Positions 43,715 to 54,109 of a DNA stretch of 64,000 nt are shown here, piece after piece. The translations under genes and the position numbers were made by a program. Source of the DNA: a phage; the sequence record PX104380.1, one strand, 5' to 3'. The notes under the pieces were generated by a model that was not told the origin of the DNA, made no database searches, and worked only from the letters and a program-made list of their open reading frames with translations. How positions within the stretch are numbered: the first letter of the stretch is position 1; every line of letters starts with the position of its first letter.

Positions 43715-44893
43715 TTAAAAATATTTTTTAAAACTCATCATAACTTTATCATCAACATCATTATCAATCTGTGCAACAAGATAAGATGACAGTTCTACTT
43801 CTTGCGGCGCGGATTGAACATTATCAGAATTAAGGTATTCACGAATCCAAGGATATGGATGTTTAACCGGAGCATCGGTAATTGGACATGGAAGACCGCA
43901 CTGTTTCATACGAGATACAGTTAAGTAATCAATAAAGCTCCACATGCTATTTGTATTTAATCCAGGAACATCGCCATCTTTAAATAAATGAACTGCCCAA
44001 TCTTTTTCTTGGCGGTTAACTTCCATGAAAATATCAACTGCTTCTTGTTCACACTCTTGAGCAATTTTAACCCATTCATCACCATCAGTGCCAAGCTGAA
44101 GTTGACGAATAATATATTGAGTGCCTTTAAGGTGAAGTTGTTCATCACGTGCAATGAACTTCATAATCTTGGCATTACCTTCCATGATTTCCATGTTCTT
44201 ATGGAAGTTAAAGGTACATGCGAAAGATACATAAAAACGAATAGCTTCAAGGGCATTAATAACATGCAGACACAGATAAAGCGACTTCATTAGCTCACGC
44301 TTCCAATATGTCTCATGCTCAATAGCATCTTCAATAACGTCTTCGTCTGCATTAATTTCTTTTTGGTATTCGATATCAGCTTTAGCGTTTTCCCAATAAC
44401 GAGTTTTAATCAGAACGTCATCATAATAACGTCCAATGGATTCAGCGCGTTTCATAATAGCTTCATCTAATACAATCTCATCAAATACCTTTGACGGATC
44501 AGTATAAAGATTTCGCATAATATGAGTGTATGAACGACTGTGAATAGTTTCACTAAAAGTCCATGTAGCAACCCATGTATCAAGACTTGGGTCTGAAATT
44601 AATGACATAAGTACAGCAGATGGCGCACGACCCTGAATGCTATCCAAAAGTGATTGATACTTCAGGTTGTTAGTAAAAATATTTTGCTGGTACTGAGGAA
44701 GCTTATTAAACTGTGCAGCATCCATCATTAAGTTTACTTCTTCAGGACGCCAAAAAAATGATAAAGATTTCTCAATAAGTTCTTCAAATACTCTATGTCG
44801 TTGAATATCATATCGAGCTAAACCCAATCCAGAACCAAAAAACATCGGCTCAGTCAAAATATTAACAGGGGATGTATTAAAAACTGTACTCAT
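43715..44893 (-). CDS. nrdB: ribonucleotide reductase small subunit (intron-less)
   Basis: 392 aa uninterrupted; diiron-site segments present; SD AAGGA. Confidence 0.95.
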   Translation of the reverse strand: MSTVFNTSPVNILTEPMFFGSGLGLARYDIQRHRVFEELIEKSLSFFWRPEEVNLMMDAAQFNKLPQYQQNIFTNNLKYQSLLDSIQGRAPSAVLMSLISDPSLDTWVATWTFSETIHSRSYTHIMRNLYTDPSKVFDEIVLDEAIMKRAESIGRYYDDVLIKTRYWENAKADIEYQKEINADEDVIEDAIEHETYWKRELMKSLYLCLHVINALEAIRFYVSFACTFNFHKNMEIMEGNAKIMKFIARDEQLHLKGTQYIIRQLQLGTDGDEWVKIAQECEQEAVDIFMEVNRQEKDWAVHLFKDGDVPGLNTNSMWSFIDYLTVSRMKQCGLPCPITDAPVKHPYPWIREYLNSDNVQSAPQEVELSSYLVAQIDNDVDDKVMMSFKKYF

Positions 44894-45531
44894 TTAGAAT
44901 CCTTAAATTTACATTTATCATAATGCCATCTTAAAGCATTGCCTTTATTAACTTTCTTGCCACAATGCGGACAAGGCGGATACTCTGTACCTTGCTTAGT
45001 TCTCAAAGAAATCAAATCACGGGTTTCTTTAGTATGAGGAACATCTCTTGTCGGAGAAATTGTACCATACATCGGATTAAGCACGCCGACTTTAGCAGCA
45101 GCTATATTCTTTTTAGCTTCTTCGGTTTTAGGTTTTCTCATGCGAGCTAAATGCTCTTTGGTAAATTTCCTTCCTTTAAGAGCTCTACTTATCTTTTCTC
45201 TGGTTTCCATAGAAACTTCACGTCCTATAGCAGCTTCAGATAAACGTCGTCTACCTAATTCGTACAGTTGAGAAGAAATTTTATATGAGCGATTTTTACC
45301 AGTCAAGCACATTAAACCAAAAGCTTTCTTTAATCCTGGGGTGTCATATATTTTACATAAAAGCCAATGAGCTATAAAATGCTCTCTACCTGTTAATTCA
45401 ACTAAATTTTCTTTATCATCAGAACCTCCCATGCATTTAGGGACTATATGATGTGTCTCTTTATATTCGGATAAAGGTTCCCGAGCCTGAGCTCGGGAAA
45501 TTAGGTCATTATAGATTTTTTGATAATTCAT
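44890..45531 (-). CDS. mobE: free-standing HNH homing endonuclease MobE
   Basis: 213 aa between nrdA and nrdB, the T4 mobE position; HNH motif ETHHIVPKCMGGSDDKENLVELTGREHFIAH; TAATG overlap with nrdA, ATGA overlap with nrdB. Confidence 0.8.
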   Translation of the reverse strand: MNYQKIYNDLISRAQAREPLSEYKETHHIVPKCMGGSDDKENLVELTGREHFIAHWLLCKIYDTPGLKKAFGLMCLTGKNRSYKISSQLYELGRRRLSEAAIGREVSMETREKISRALKGRKFTKEHLARMRKPKTEEAKKNIAAAKVGVLNPMYGTISPTRDVPHTKETRDLISLRTKQGTEYPPCPHCGKKVNKGNALRWHYDKCKFKDSK

Positions 45532-47795
45532 TACAATTTACACGCTGCACAATCGTCGGCTTTAGGAGTTTCTATTTCATAATCATCAGTACCAGAACCA
45601 TCACGGGTATTATGATAATAGAAATTTTTAATGCCATAATACCATCCGTATAACATGTCATCAATCATTATTGACATTGGAACCTTTCCTTTTGGAAAAA
45701 TCTGCGGGTCATAGTATGTATTCGCCGAAGCTGATTGACAAACCCATTTCAGCATAATAGCTACCTGCGTAAGATAAGGTTTATTACCTTTCTTAGCTAA
45801 TTTCCATGTATAATCATAGAGGTCTATGTTATGCTCAATATTGGGCACGACTTGATTAAAGGAGCCCTCTTTTGATTCTTTAACAGAGACTGGTCCACGT
45901 GGAGGCTCGATACCGTTTGTACTGTTAGAAACTTGGGAAGATGACTCACATGGCATAAGTGCTGATAATGTGCTATTACGGATGCCAAAGAGCTTAAGGT
46001 CTTCCCGCAGCGACGACCAGTCACAAACGTATTTTGGAGCTGCGATTTGGTCAATCTTTTTATTGTACCAGTCGATAGGTAATTCGCCTCGAGACCAACG
46101 AGTGTCTGAATAATATTCGCAAGGTCCTTTTTCTTTGGCGAGTTTAATGGATGCTTTAATGAGTCCATACTGTAATCTCTCAAATAGTTCATGTGTTAAA
46201 TCGTTAGCATCTTCATAAGAAGCAAAGTTACTTGCCAGCCAAGCTGCATAGTTAGTAACACCTACACCGAGGTTACGACGCTTTTTAGCTTTTTCTGCTT
46301 CAGGAACTGGATATCCTTGGTAATCCAAAAGATTATCAAGAGCACGAACTTGAACTTCTGCCAATTCATTAATTTTATCTTGGTCTTGCCAATCGAAGTT
46401 ATCCAGCACAAATGCAGATAACGTGCACAATCCAATTTCAGCATCGGGGCTATTCACATCATTTGTTGGAATAGCAATTTCACAGCACAAGTTACTCTGA
46501 CGAATAGGTGCCTTTTCACGAATAAACGGAGTATAGTTATTCGTATTATCAATGAACTGTACATAAATCCTTGCTGTTCCTGAGCGTTCAGTCATGAGCA
46601 ATTCAAATAGTTCACGAGCTTTAATACGCTTTTTACGAATATTAGGGTCTTTTTCTGCTGCTTCGTATAATTCACGGAAACGGTCTTGGTCTTTAAAATA
46701 AGAATAATAAAGCTCTCCACCCATTTCATGCGGACTGAACAAAGTAATGTAGTCGTTCTTTCCAAAACGTTCCATCATTAGGTCATTCAGCTGGACGCCA
46801 TAATCCATATGACGGATACGGTTTTCTTCTACACCTTTGTTATTTTTCAAAACGAGAAGATTTTCAACTTCCAAATGCCAAATAGGATAATAAGCAGTAG
46901 CAGCGCCGCCACGAATTCCACCCTGTGAGCATGATTTAACAGCAGTCTGAAAATGTTTCCAAAAAGGAATAACACCAGTATGACGCACTTCACCCATGCC
47001 AATCTTAGAACCTTCGGCACGAATCATACCAACGTTAATACCAATTCCAGCACGTTTGGAGATATATTCAACAATTGAAGCGGAAGCCTTATTGATAGAC
47101 TTTAATGAATCACCTGCCTCAATAACAACACATGAACTAAACTGCCGAGTCGGAGTACGGCAACCAGCCATAATAGGAGTTGGTAATGAAATCTGTCGAG
47201 TAGATACTGCTTCATAAAAACGAATAACATGTTTTAATCTATCAACAGGTTCATCTTGATGCAATGCCATTCCAATAGTCATAAATGCAAACTGAGGAGT
47301 TTCATAAATTTGACCAGTGGTTTTATCTTTAACTAAATATTTTTCTTTTAATTGCATCGCCCCGGAATAAGTAAATTCCATATCCCGCTCGTGCTTAATT
47401 TTTGATTCTAAAAATGTAATTTCTTCTGCTGAATATTTTGACAATAATTCAGGGTCATATTTACCTTCATTTACACAGTAAGAAATATGGTCAATAAATG
47501 AACGCGGTTCATACTGCCCATAAACATGCTTACGAAGAGCGAACATTAGACAACGTGCAGCTACATATTGATAATCAGGCTCTTCAACCGAAATAGAATT
47601 CGCAGCGGCCTTAATGACAATAGTCTGAATATCATCAGTTGTCATTCCATCACGGAGATAAGATTTAATATTTTCATATAATTCATAAGGATCTACTGAT
47701 GTTCCCTCAGCTGCCCAAGATAAAACTTTAATAATTTTTTGTGGGTCAAAGCTCTGAGAAACACCACTACTTTTGATAACATTAATTAATTGCAT
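45531..47795 (-). CDS. nrdA: ribonucleotide reductase large subunit
   Basis: 754 aa; active-site motif SNLCCEIAIP; SD GAGGA. Confidence 0.97.
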   Translation of the reverse strand: MQLINVIKSSGVSQSFDPQKIIKVLSWAAEGTSVDPYELYENIKSYLRDGMTTDDIQTIVIKAAANSISVEEPDYQYVAARCLMFALRKHVYGQYEPRSFIDHISYCVNEGKYDPELLSKYSAEEITFLESKIKHERDMEFTYSGAMQLKEKYLVKDKTTGQIYETPQFAFMTIGMALHQDEPVDRLKHVIRFYEAVSTRQISLPTPIMAGCRTPTRQFSSCVVIEAGDSLKSINKASASIVEYISKRAGIGINVGMIRAEGSKIGMGEVRHTGVIPFWKHFQTAVKSCSQGGIRGGAATAYYPIWHLEVENLLVLKNNKGVEENRIRHMDYGVQLNDLMMERFGKNDYITLFSPHEMGGELYYSYFKDQDRFRELYEAAEKDPNIRKKRIKARELFELLMTERSGTARIYVQFIDNTNNYTPFIREKAPIRQSNLCCEIAIPTNDVNSPDAEIGLCTLSAFVLDNFDWQDQDKINELAEVQVRALDNLLDYQGYPVPEAEKAKKRRNLGVGVTNYAAWLASNFASYEDANDLTHELFERLQYGLIKASIKLAKEKGPCEYYSDTRWSRGELPIDWYNKKIDQIAAPKYVCDWSSLREDLKLFGIRNSTLSALMPCESSSQVSNSTNGIEPPRGPVSVKESKEGSFNQVVPNIEHNIDLYDYTWKLAKKGNKPYLTQVAIMLKWVCQSASANTYYDPQIFPKGKVPMSIMIDDMLYGWYYGIKNFYYHNTRDGSGTDDYEIETPKADDCAACKL

Positions 47796-48112
47796 AAGTC
47801 CTCAACTTGAAAATCGTCTTTAAACAATCGGTTAACTATATGAGCTATTATATCACCATGACACGGCTTTGGTTTACATGTGCATCCTAGCCTCATTCCA
47901 CGTAAAGGCTCTAAATGTGCTTTAGTTATTTCTCCGGATTTAATTCGACGTATAAAATCTTTTTTGAATAATTCAATGGCAGCCTCCCGGCTGCCAGCAT
48001 CTTTACCGACGTAATTTCCCCAAAATGTACCACGGTGAATATTAACATCAAAGTCGGATTTGTATTTATTCACTACCCGACATAGACGGCCCGCGCGGTG
48101 ATAATTCGGCAT
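47786..48112 (-). CDS. hypothetical Cys-rich protein, 108 aa
   Basis: motif [12 protein letters not shown]; overlaps the upstream ORF by 47 nt in a different frame. Confidence 0.5.
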   Translation of the reverse strand: MPNYHRAGRLCRVVNKYKSDFDVNIHRGTFWGNYVGKDAGSREAAIELFKKDFIRRIKSGEITKAHLEPLRGMRLGCTCKPKPCHGDIIAHIVNRLFKDDFQVEDLCN

Positions 48113-48329
48113 ATTGTTTTTCCGTTAAAACAGTAATATCGTAGTAACAGTCAGAAGAAGTTTTAACTGTGGAAATTTTATTATCAAAATACTCACGAGT
48201 CATTTTATGAGTATAATATTTTTTGCCATAAATGATAATAGGCTGATTTGGTCCTGGAACTTCCAGTTCACTTGGATTGGGAAGTTCAAAAAGAACAACA
48301 CCAGAAGTATCTTTAAATCGTAAAATCAT
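48066..48329 (-). CDS. hypothetical protein, 87 aa
   Basis: ATG 48329 with SD GAGGA (ORF track starts at TTG 48341). Confidence 0.5.
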   Translation of the reverse strand: MILRFKDTSGVVLFELPNPSELEVPGPNQPIIIYGKKYYTHKMTREYFDNKISTVKTSSDCYYDITVLTEKQYAELSPRGPSMSGSE

Positions 48330-48352
48330 ATATCCTCGCAATTAAATTAAAA

Positions 48353-49213
48353 TTATACTGCCATTTTTCCTTTAATTGGCGGGTGAGATACATAGTCGTT
48401 AAGAACAAAATTATGCGGCTTTGCGAATTGACTCAACCAAAATACCTGCGATTCTGTATCCCATTCATCAAATTCATCTGGAAATTTTAATTGTAATTCG
48501 CATAAATCCATAGGTTCACGACGCAAAATTTCTTTACATTGTTCTACGTGATTCATATAGATATGAGTATTACCACCAGAAAATATCAAATCTCCCGGAA
48601 TAAGATTACACATCTTAGCTACAATATGAACTAACGTAGCATATGATGCAATATTAAATGGAAGACCGAGGAAAACATCTACCGAACGTTGATACCACTG
48701 AAGGTCAAGGTATCCATTACGAACATTAAATTGATAGAACATATGACAAGGTGGTAATGCCATCTGCTTGAGTTCAGCTGGATTCCATGCTGAAACAATT
48801 TGACGCCTATCATTTGGCAGTTTTTTAATACGATCAATAACTTCTATAATTTGGTCTACACCACCAAAATCACGCCACTGTTTTCCATAAATTGGACCAA
48901 GTTCACCGCTATGGTATCCTAAATCTTTTGCTTGATTTTCGTAATTTTCATCCCAAACTGTTTTGCCTTGGATTAACGAATCATGTTGAATTAATCGCAA
49001 ATCATTGACATTTGTGCTTCCCGATAAAAACCATATTAACTCAGCAATGCAAGCTTTCCAGGCGAGCTTTTTAGTTGTTACTGCAGGAAAACCTTTAGTT
49101 AAATCCCAGCGTAATTTAGTACCGAACAAAGCAATTGTTCCTGTGCCTGTTCGGTCATCGGTTTCATAACCATTTTCAAAAATGTCTTTAATTAAATCTT
49201 GGTATTGTTTCAT
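48353..49213 (-). CDS. td: thymidylate synthase (intron-less)
   Basis: 286 aa uninterrupted; active-site motif PPCHMFYQF; SD AGGTG. Confidence 0.95.
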   Translation of the reverse strand: MKQYQDLIKDIFENGYETDDRTGTGTIALFGTKLRWDLTKGFPAVTTKKLAWKACIAELIWFLSGSTNVNDLRLIQHDSLIQGKTVWDENYENQAKDLGYHSGELGPIYGKQWRDFGGVDQIIEVIDRIKKLPNDRRQIVSAWNPAELKQMALPPCHMFYQFNVRNGYLDLQWYQRSVDVFLGLPFNIASYATLVHIVAKMCNLIPGDLIFSGGNTHIYMNHVEQCKEILRREPMDLCELQLKFPDEFDEWDTESQVFWLSQFAKPHNFVLNDYVSHPPIKGKMAV

Positions 49214-49228
49214 TTAACACCTATATAA

Positions 49229-49576
49229 TCAATACGGTTTAGCATCAAATTTTCTCTCAATTTCAGGCGTGAAATATAATTCTTTACCGCGTTTGGAAAA
49301 GCGACCAATAATATGATAATTATTCTCATCAAACGTGATATTACCAATATCCATAGCTTTCAACCAAATATCGATATTTCTATCCAGCTTTATGTCAAAA
49401 TTCCAATACGGAGAACTATTACCGAAAATACTGCAAGCGGATTCAGTGAAACAACTGCTATAAATCTTATCTTTAGGAACTACTAATTGATAGACACCTT
49501 TAATAAACTGAGGACCCTGCCACTTTGGCTGTTTCTCGTCTTTTTCTAATAGAATAGGGTAATAATTAAAATTCAT
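49229..49576 (-). CDS. hypothetical protein, 115 aa, inserted between frd and td
   Basis: ATG start; 19-nt and 15-nt spacers to flanking genes; no motif recognised. Confidence 0.6.
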   Translation of the reverse strand: MNFNYYPILLEKDEKQPKWQGPQFIKGVYQLVVPKDKIYSSCFTESACSIFGNSSPYWNFDIKLDRNIDIWLKAMDIGNITFDENNYHIIGRFSKRGKELYFTPEIERKFDAKPY

Positions 49577-49595
49577 ATTTCCGCCACGCGTTATT

Positions 49596-50422
<827 letters not shown>

Positions 50423-50433
50423 ATTATCTCCTA

Positions 50434-50766
50434 TTAAAAAGGATCAGGAACATATCCGCTAGCTTTAATCATTTTAATTAACGTTAACATTCCTTTGTTA
50501 ACTGCTCGTGAGATTTCATCAAAAACTTCATCACTAAAAAGTTCTAACACGCCCTTCTGAACTTTTAATTTACAGCCAACAATTTCTTCATCGCCTATAG
50601 TAAATTCATTACCACCAATTCCACCGAAAAACTTAATTACACCAGTTAACTGTCTTCCACGAGAATATGGGTCGTGTGATAAAGTAATATGAGTCACCCC
50701 GAGTACAGTTTTAAATTGGCAGCGAATATTTACTTGTGAAATTCCAGTTACATGAATGTCAGACAT
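50434..50766 (-). CDS. hypothetical protein, 110 aa
   Basis: SD GAGGA. Confidence 0.55.
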   Translation of the reverse strand: MSDIHVTGISQVNIRCQFKTVLGVTHITLSHDPYSRGRQLTGVIKFFGGIGGNEFTIGDEEIVGCKLKVQKGVLELFSDEVFDEISRAVNKGMLTLIKMIKASGYVPDPF

Positions 50767-50776
50767 AATATTTTCC

Positions 50777-51019
50777 TCAAATAGACTTTTTCACAATTTT
50801 CCAATCAGCTTTAAACTGATCGACGTCAGAGTGATAAATCCAAAATCCTGCGCTTTCACCGTCTTCATAAAGCGGACACCCATCACATTCATCTTCCCAT
50901 CCCATACCACGTAAAAGATGTTCAGCTTTTTCAACAAGTTCAGAATCTTTACCGATGATATTAAAATACCATTTACCTCTAACTTCTGAATCTTTGATGC
51001 TTTGGCGTTGTAATCTCAT
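50777..51019 (-). CDS. hypothetical protein, 80 aa
   Basis: ATG 51019 with SD GAGGAG; ORF track start is an upstream GTG inside the promoter. Confidence 0.5.
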   Translation of the reverse strand: MRLQRQSIKDSEVRGKWYFNIIGKDSELVEKAEHLLRGMGWEDECDGCPLYEDGESAGFWIYHSDVDQFKADWKIVKKSI

Positions 51020-51048
51020 TTTATTCTCCTCATGTAGTTGATAGGGTA

Positions 51049-51078
51049 ATAGTATCACACTACTACCCTACCGTAAAC
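51049..51078 (-). promoter_or_regulatory. T4-type early promoter (GTTTAC-N18-TACTAT)
   Basis: -35 fused to stop TAG of the upstream gene; -10 flanked by short inverted repeat GGGTA / TACCC. Confidence 0.5.
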
Positions 51079-51443
51079 TACTTTTTGAAAGTTTTTCGCA
51101 AAAGTTCAATGATTTCATCTACATTGTTTTCATCTACAATGCAGTGAATTTTTGTTACGCCAGAAACCGGGTCTTTGACTTCATCTTTTTCAGAAGTCGG
51201 TTCTTTATACTCACGAAAACAATGAAATTCGTCTTCACAAACGTTAAAGTAAAAATGCTTTCCATTTGCGCATTCAATGTGTTTTATTACTCTAAATCCA
51301 TCAACAAAGAAAGCTTCTTTAACTTCAAACCATCCGCCATTTTCTTGAATAATTTTAACTATTGCTGAATTAGAACGTGGGCAATAATTAATAAATGTAT
51401 CAATAAGTCTTGGAACAAGTTCATACTTTTTACCGATATACAT
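51078..51443 (-). CDS. hypothetical protein, 121 aa
   Basis: SD GAGGA. Confidence 0.55.
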   Translation of the reverse strand: MYIGKKYELVPRLIDTFINYCPRSNSAIVKIIQENGGWFEVKEAFFVDGFRVIKHIECANGKHFYFNVCEDEFHCFREYKEPTSEKDEVKDPVSGVTKIHCIVDENNVDEIIELLRKTFKK

Positions 51444-51487
51444 TATGTTTTCCTCATTTTAACGGGGCTGTAATAGCCCCTTGATAA

Positions 51488-51715
51488 TTATTGTTCAATC
51501 AATCCCATGTAAAATTCTGCGTCTTCAGAATCCATACCATCACAATATTCATTAGCCATAAAGCGGGTGAGGTCTTCAAGAGGACCTTCAATAACGATTT
51601 GAATACTCCAAAACTTAGAATCTTGCACGCTTGTGATACTAAGTTCAGGATAACGATTACGAATAATTTCTTCGATATATTCAAAATCAACGATGTCAAT
51701 ATCAACTTTAGCCAT
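51488..51715 (-). CDS. hypothetical protein, 75 aa
   Basis: ATG 51715 with SD AAGAGGA; ORF track start would read through the gene 32 terminator. Confidence 0.5.
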   Translation of the reverse strand: MAKVDIDIVDFEYIEEIIRNRYPELSITSVQDSKFWSIQIVIEGPLEDLTRFMANEYCDGMDSEDAEFYMGLIEQ

Positions 51716-51758
51716 ATTATTTTCCTCTTTAATCATCAGCAGTATTGCCGATAGTTGT

Positions 51759-51788
51759 ATAGTACCATGGAAGGACAAGGATGTAAAC
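51759..51788 (-). promoter_or_regulatory. T4-type early promoter (GTTTAC-N18-TACTAT)
   Basis: lies between the gene 32 terminator and the 75-aa ORF. Confidence 0.5.
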
Positions 51789-51804
51789 CGTTTTGTGAAA
51801 AAAT

Positions 51805-51839
51805 TTTTGAAATAAAAAAAGGGGACCCTAGAGGTCCCC
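51805..51839 (-). terminator. rho-independent terminator 3' of gene 32
   Basis: hairpin GGGGACC-UCUAG-GGUCCCC (51821-51839) followed by UUUUUUUAUUU. Confidence 0.65.
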
Positions 51840-51861
51840 AATTAATTAGTAATATAATCTA

Positions 51862-52770
51862 TTAAAGGTCATTCAAAAGGTCATCTAGGTCCGTGTCATC
51901 AGCACTAGATGAACTGCCAGAGCTTGAGCTCATAAAATCATCTTCAGTTTTTGTATTGAAGTCATCAACATTGAATGCATCCAAATCATCAGCAACTTTA
52001 TCAGCTTTCTTAGCAGCAGTTGCAGCAGCACCGCCCATCACAGCAGTTCCCATAACTTGACCGAATTTAGTGCTCAGTTCTTCAAACGATTTGAATTTAT
52101 CTTTAGAAGTCATTTCAGAAAGGTCAACCATTTGTTCGAACAGTTCTTTCTGGAAAGATTCATCGTCAATGTTTGGAATCGCAGATTGATTCAGGAATTT
52201 AGATTCGTCGTAGTTACTAAAACCAGAAACTTGTTTAACTTTCAGTACAAAGTTAGCACCTTCCCACGGACAAGTTACATCAACCGGAGTTTCACCCATT
52301 TCAACATCAACTGCAATCATTGCATTGATTTTATCCCAGATTTTCTTACCGAAACGGTATTTAAATACTTTACCTTCGTTTTCTGGAGTAGCTGGGTCTT
52401 TTACAACAAGAATGTTAGCCCAGTAAGAAGTTTTGCGTTTAACAAGACTGTACTCTTTATTGTCAGTGTTGTACAGATCATTTTTACTGATGTATTGACA
52501 TACTGGGCAAGAATCGTAATCACCGTGGGTAGATGAACATGTTTCAATATACCATTTACCATTTTTCTTGAAACCGTGATTTACAAGAATTGCGAATGGT
52601 GCTTGTTCATCATTTTTAGACGGAAGAAAACGAATTACTGCTTGACCGTTACCCGCATTATCGAGTTTCAGTTTCCACTCGCCTTTATCTTCAGAAGAAA
52701 AACCACCTTTATTGCCATTCAGTTTAGCCATTTGTGCAGCGAGTTCAGCAGTAGATTTACGTTTAAACAT
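51862..52770 (-). CDS. 32: single-stranded DNA-binding protein gp32
   Basis: 302 aa; zinc-binding His/Cys cluster in [15 protein letters not shown]; acidic Ser/Asp-rich C-terminus. Confidence 0.97.
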   Translation of the reverse strand: MFKRKSTAELAAQMAKLNGNKGGFSSEDKGEWKLKLDNAGNGQAVIRFLPSKNDEQAPFAILVNHGFKKNGKWYIETCSSTHGDYDSCPVCQYISKNDLYNTDNKEYSLVKRKTSYWANILVVKDPATPENEGKVFKYRFGKKIWDKINAMIAVDVEMGETPVDVTCPWEGANFVLKVKQVSGFSNYDESKFLNQSAIPNIDDESFQKELFEQMVDLSEMTSKDKFKSFEELSTKFGQVMGTAVMGGAAATAAKKADKVADDLDAFNVDDFNTKTEDDFMSSSSGSSSSADDTDLDDLLNDL

Positions 52771-52831
52771 TTTATTTCCTTTTTAACTTAATTTAATTAA
52801 CAGTTGGTGCTATGACACTTTACCTCATAGC
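52771..52831 (-). promoter_or_regulatory. gene 32 autoregulatory translational operator (pseudoknot plus AU-rich leader)
   Basis: 7-bp stem GCUAUGA / UCAUAGC with loop GGU able to pair with downstream ACC; then UUAAUUAAAUUAAGUUAAAAAGGAAAUAAAAUG. Confidence 0.55.
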
Positions 52832-53454
52832 TGGCATAATTTGCAATACTCTGGGTCTTCGAGAGGTATCCAACCTGAGTTGAAATACTTTACCATCGAT
52901 TTAGCAGTTGTATCAGTTATATTTATATTACCTTTAACTCTTCGCCATCCAGGAGTTTTACCGTACAGATTAGAAGATAATAACACATAATTCTCGTAAG
53001 CAATATGAGATAATTTCCAAGACTCTATATTAGCTCGTGATGTTTTCCAAGGTCTAAAATCGTCACGGTTCATATAATTAGCCAATCTCATATGCTCTCT
53101 AACTTCCGGGTCTTTGGCTGGATGAGTTTCACCACTCACACCAAATCCGCCGCCAGCATATACCAGATTAAAATAGTCTGGATTATCTCTGGCATTTACT
53201 TCAAGTTGGTATTTTCGTTCTGCTTCAATAACATCCAAGCCATCATCAATTTGAATTATTTTAACGCTCGGTTTTTGAAGCATTACCGCATTCAAAAATC
53301 TTTTTTGTTTACATGAACTCCAATATTCCTTTCCGGAAGAGTCATATATTATTCCGTTCTCAAATGAGCAATTTAATTTACTACCGATATAGTAGTATGG
53401 CGGAGTCTTATTTTTGACACGGTCTTCAAATGTAAACCAATATACTATATTCAT
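52825..53454 (-). CDS. segG: GIY-YIG-like homing endonuclease (segG position)
   Basis: 209 aa between genes 59 and 32; N-terminal IVYWFTF...YYYIGSK resembles a GIY-YIG motif; no SD; stop codon inside the gene 32 operator. Confidence 0.6.
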   Translation of the reverse strand: MNIVYWFTFEDRVKNKTPPYYYIGSKLNCSFENGIIYDSSGKEYWSSCKQKRFLNAVMLQKPSVKIIQIDDGLDVIEAERKYQLEVNARDNPDYFNLVYAGGGFGVSGETHPAKDPEVREHMRLANYMNRDDFRPWKTSRANIESWKLSHIAYENYVLLSSNLYGKTPGWRRVKGNINITDTTAKSMVKYFNSGWIPLEDPEYCKLCQL

Positions 53455-53455
53455 A

Positions 53456-54109
53456 TCAATACTTACAAGATTTCACAGTTTCAATGAAAACATTTTTAGC
53501 TTTCTGTGAATCAATATTTAAAATTTTTCTATAAGCCTTTAACTTTATAGAATAATTATTCCAGACTAAATTATCAGTCTGTTCATCATGTTTATCAATT
53601 ATATTTAAAAATGAATCAAGCAAAATAAACGTTTCAAACGAAATTATGTTCGACTGAAGCAGTTTAAAAATATAACTTGATTGAACTTTTGGATTATATT
53701 CAAAGATTTCTTTAAAAGCAGAAACTTCAACTTTCTTACTAAAATAATAAATGTTGCGAATATCTTCTTCAAACTTAAATTTAATTTGCTTTAAGCGTCC
53801 GATATATTCACGATAAAACACAAGTGCATCAGCGTCAGAGATATCACCAATCCAAGCATCTTGGTTAGCAACCAAATTACTTATAAAGATTAAAGCAAGT
53901 TCCTTTAATTTATATTTTTCTGATAACTTCTGGAAAAAATACTTATCCCTTCGCTTTTGATAAGCGGCATCAGACACCCGCATGCACCAATTATACTTAA
54001 TAACATCATACTTTCCATTCATATGTTGTTTTATCATTAAGTATAATTTATAAACTGATTTACCATCAATGTATCTTTCACCACCAGCAGGCATGCGGAG
54101 TTTAATCAT
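53456..54109 (-). CDS. 59: helicase loader gp59
   Basis: 217 aa; ATGA overlap with gene 33. Confidence 0.95.
   Translation of the reverse strand: MIKLRMPAGGERYIDGKSVYKLYLMIKQHMNGKYDVIKYNWCMRVSDAAYQKRRDKYFFQKLSEKYKLKELALIFISNLVANQDAWIGDISDADALVFYREYIGRLKQIKFKFEEDIRNIYYFSKKVEVSAFKEIFEYNPKVQSSYIFKLLQSNIISFETFILLDSFLNIIDKHDEQTDNLVWNNYSIKLKAYRKILNIDSQKAKNVFIETVKSCKY

Noticed and set aside
43715-49213. Group I introns in nrdB and td (present in T4)
   Set aside because: Both genes read as single uninterrupted ORFs of full length with contiguous active-site motifs; no intron-sized insertion.
52057-52536. 159-aa plus-strand ORF
   Set aside because: Lies entirely antisense within gene 32; no promoter or SD; Phe/Asn-rich composition typical of antisense AT-rich coding sequence.
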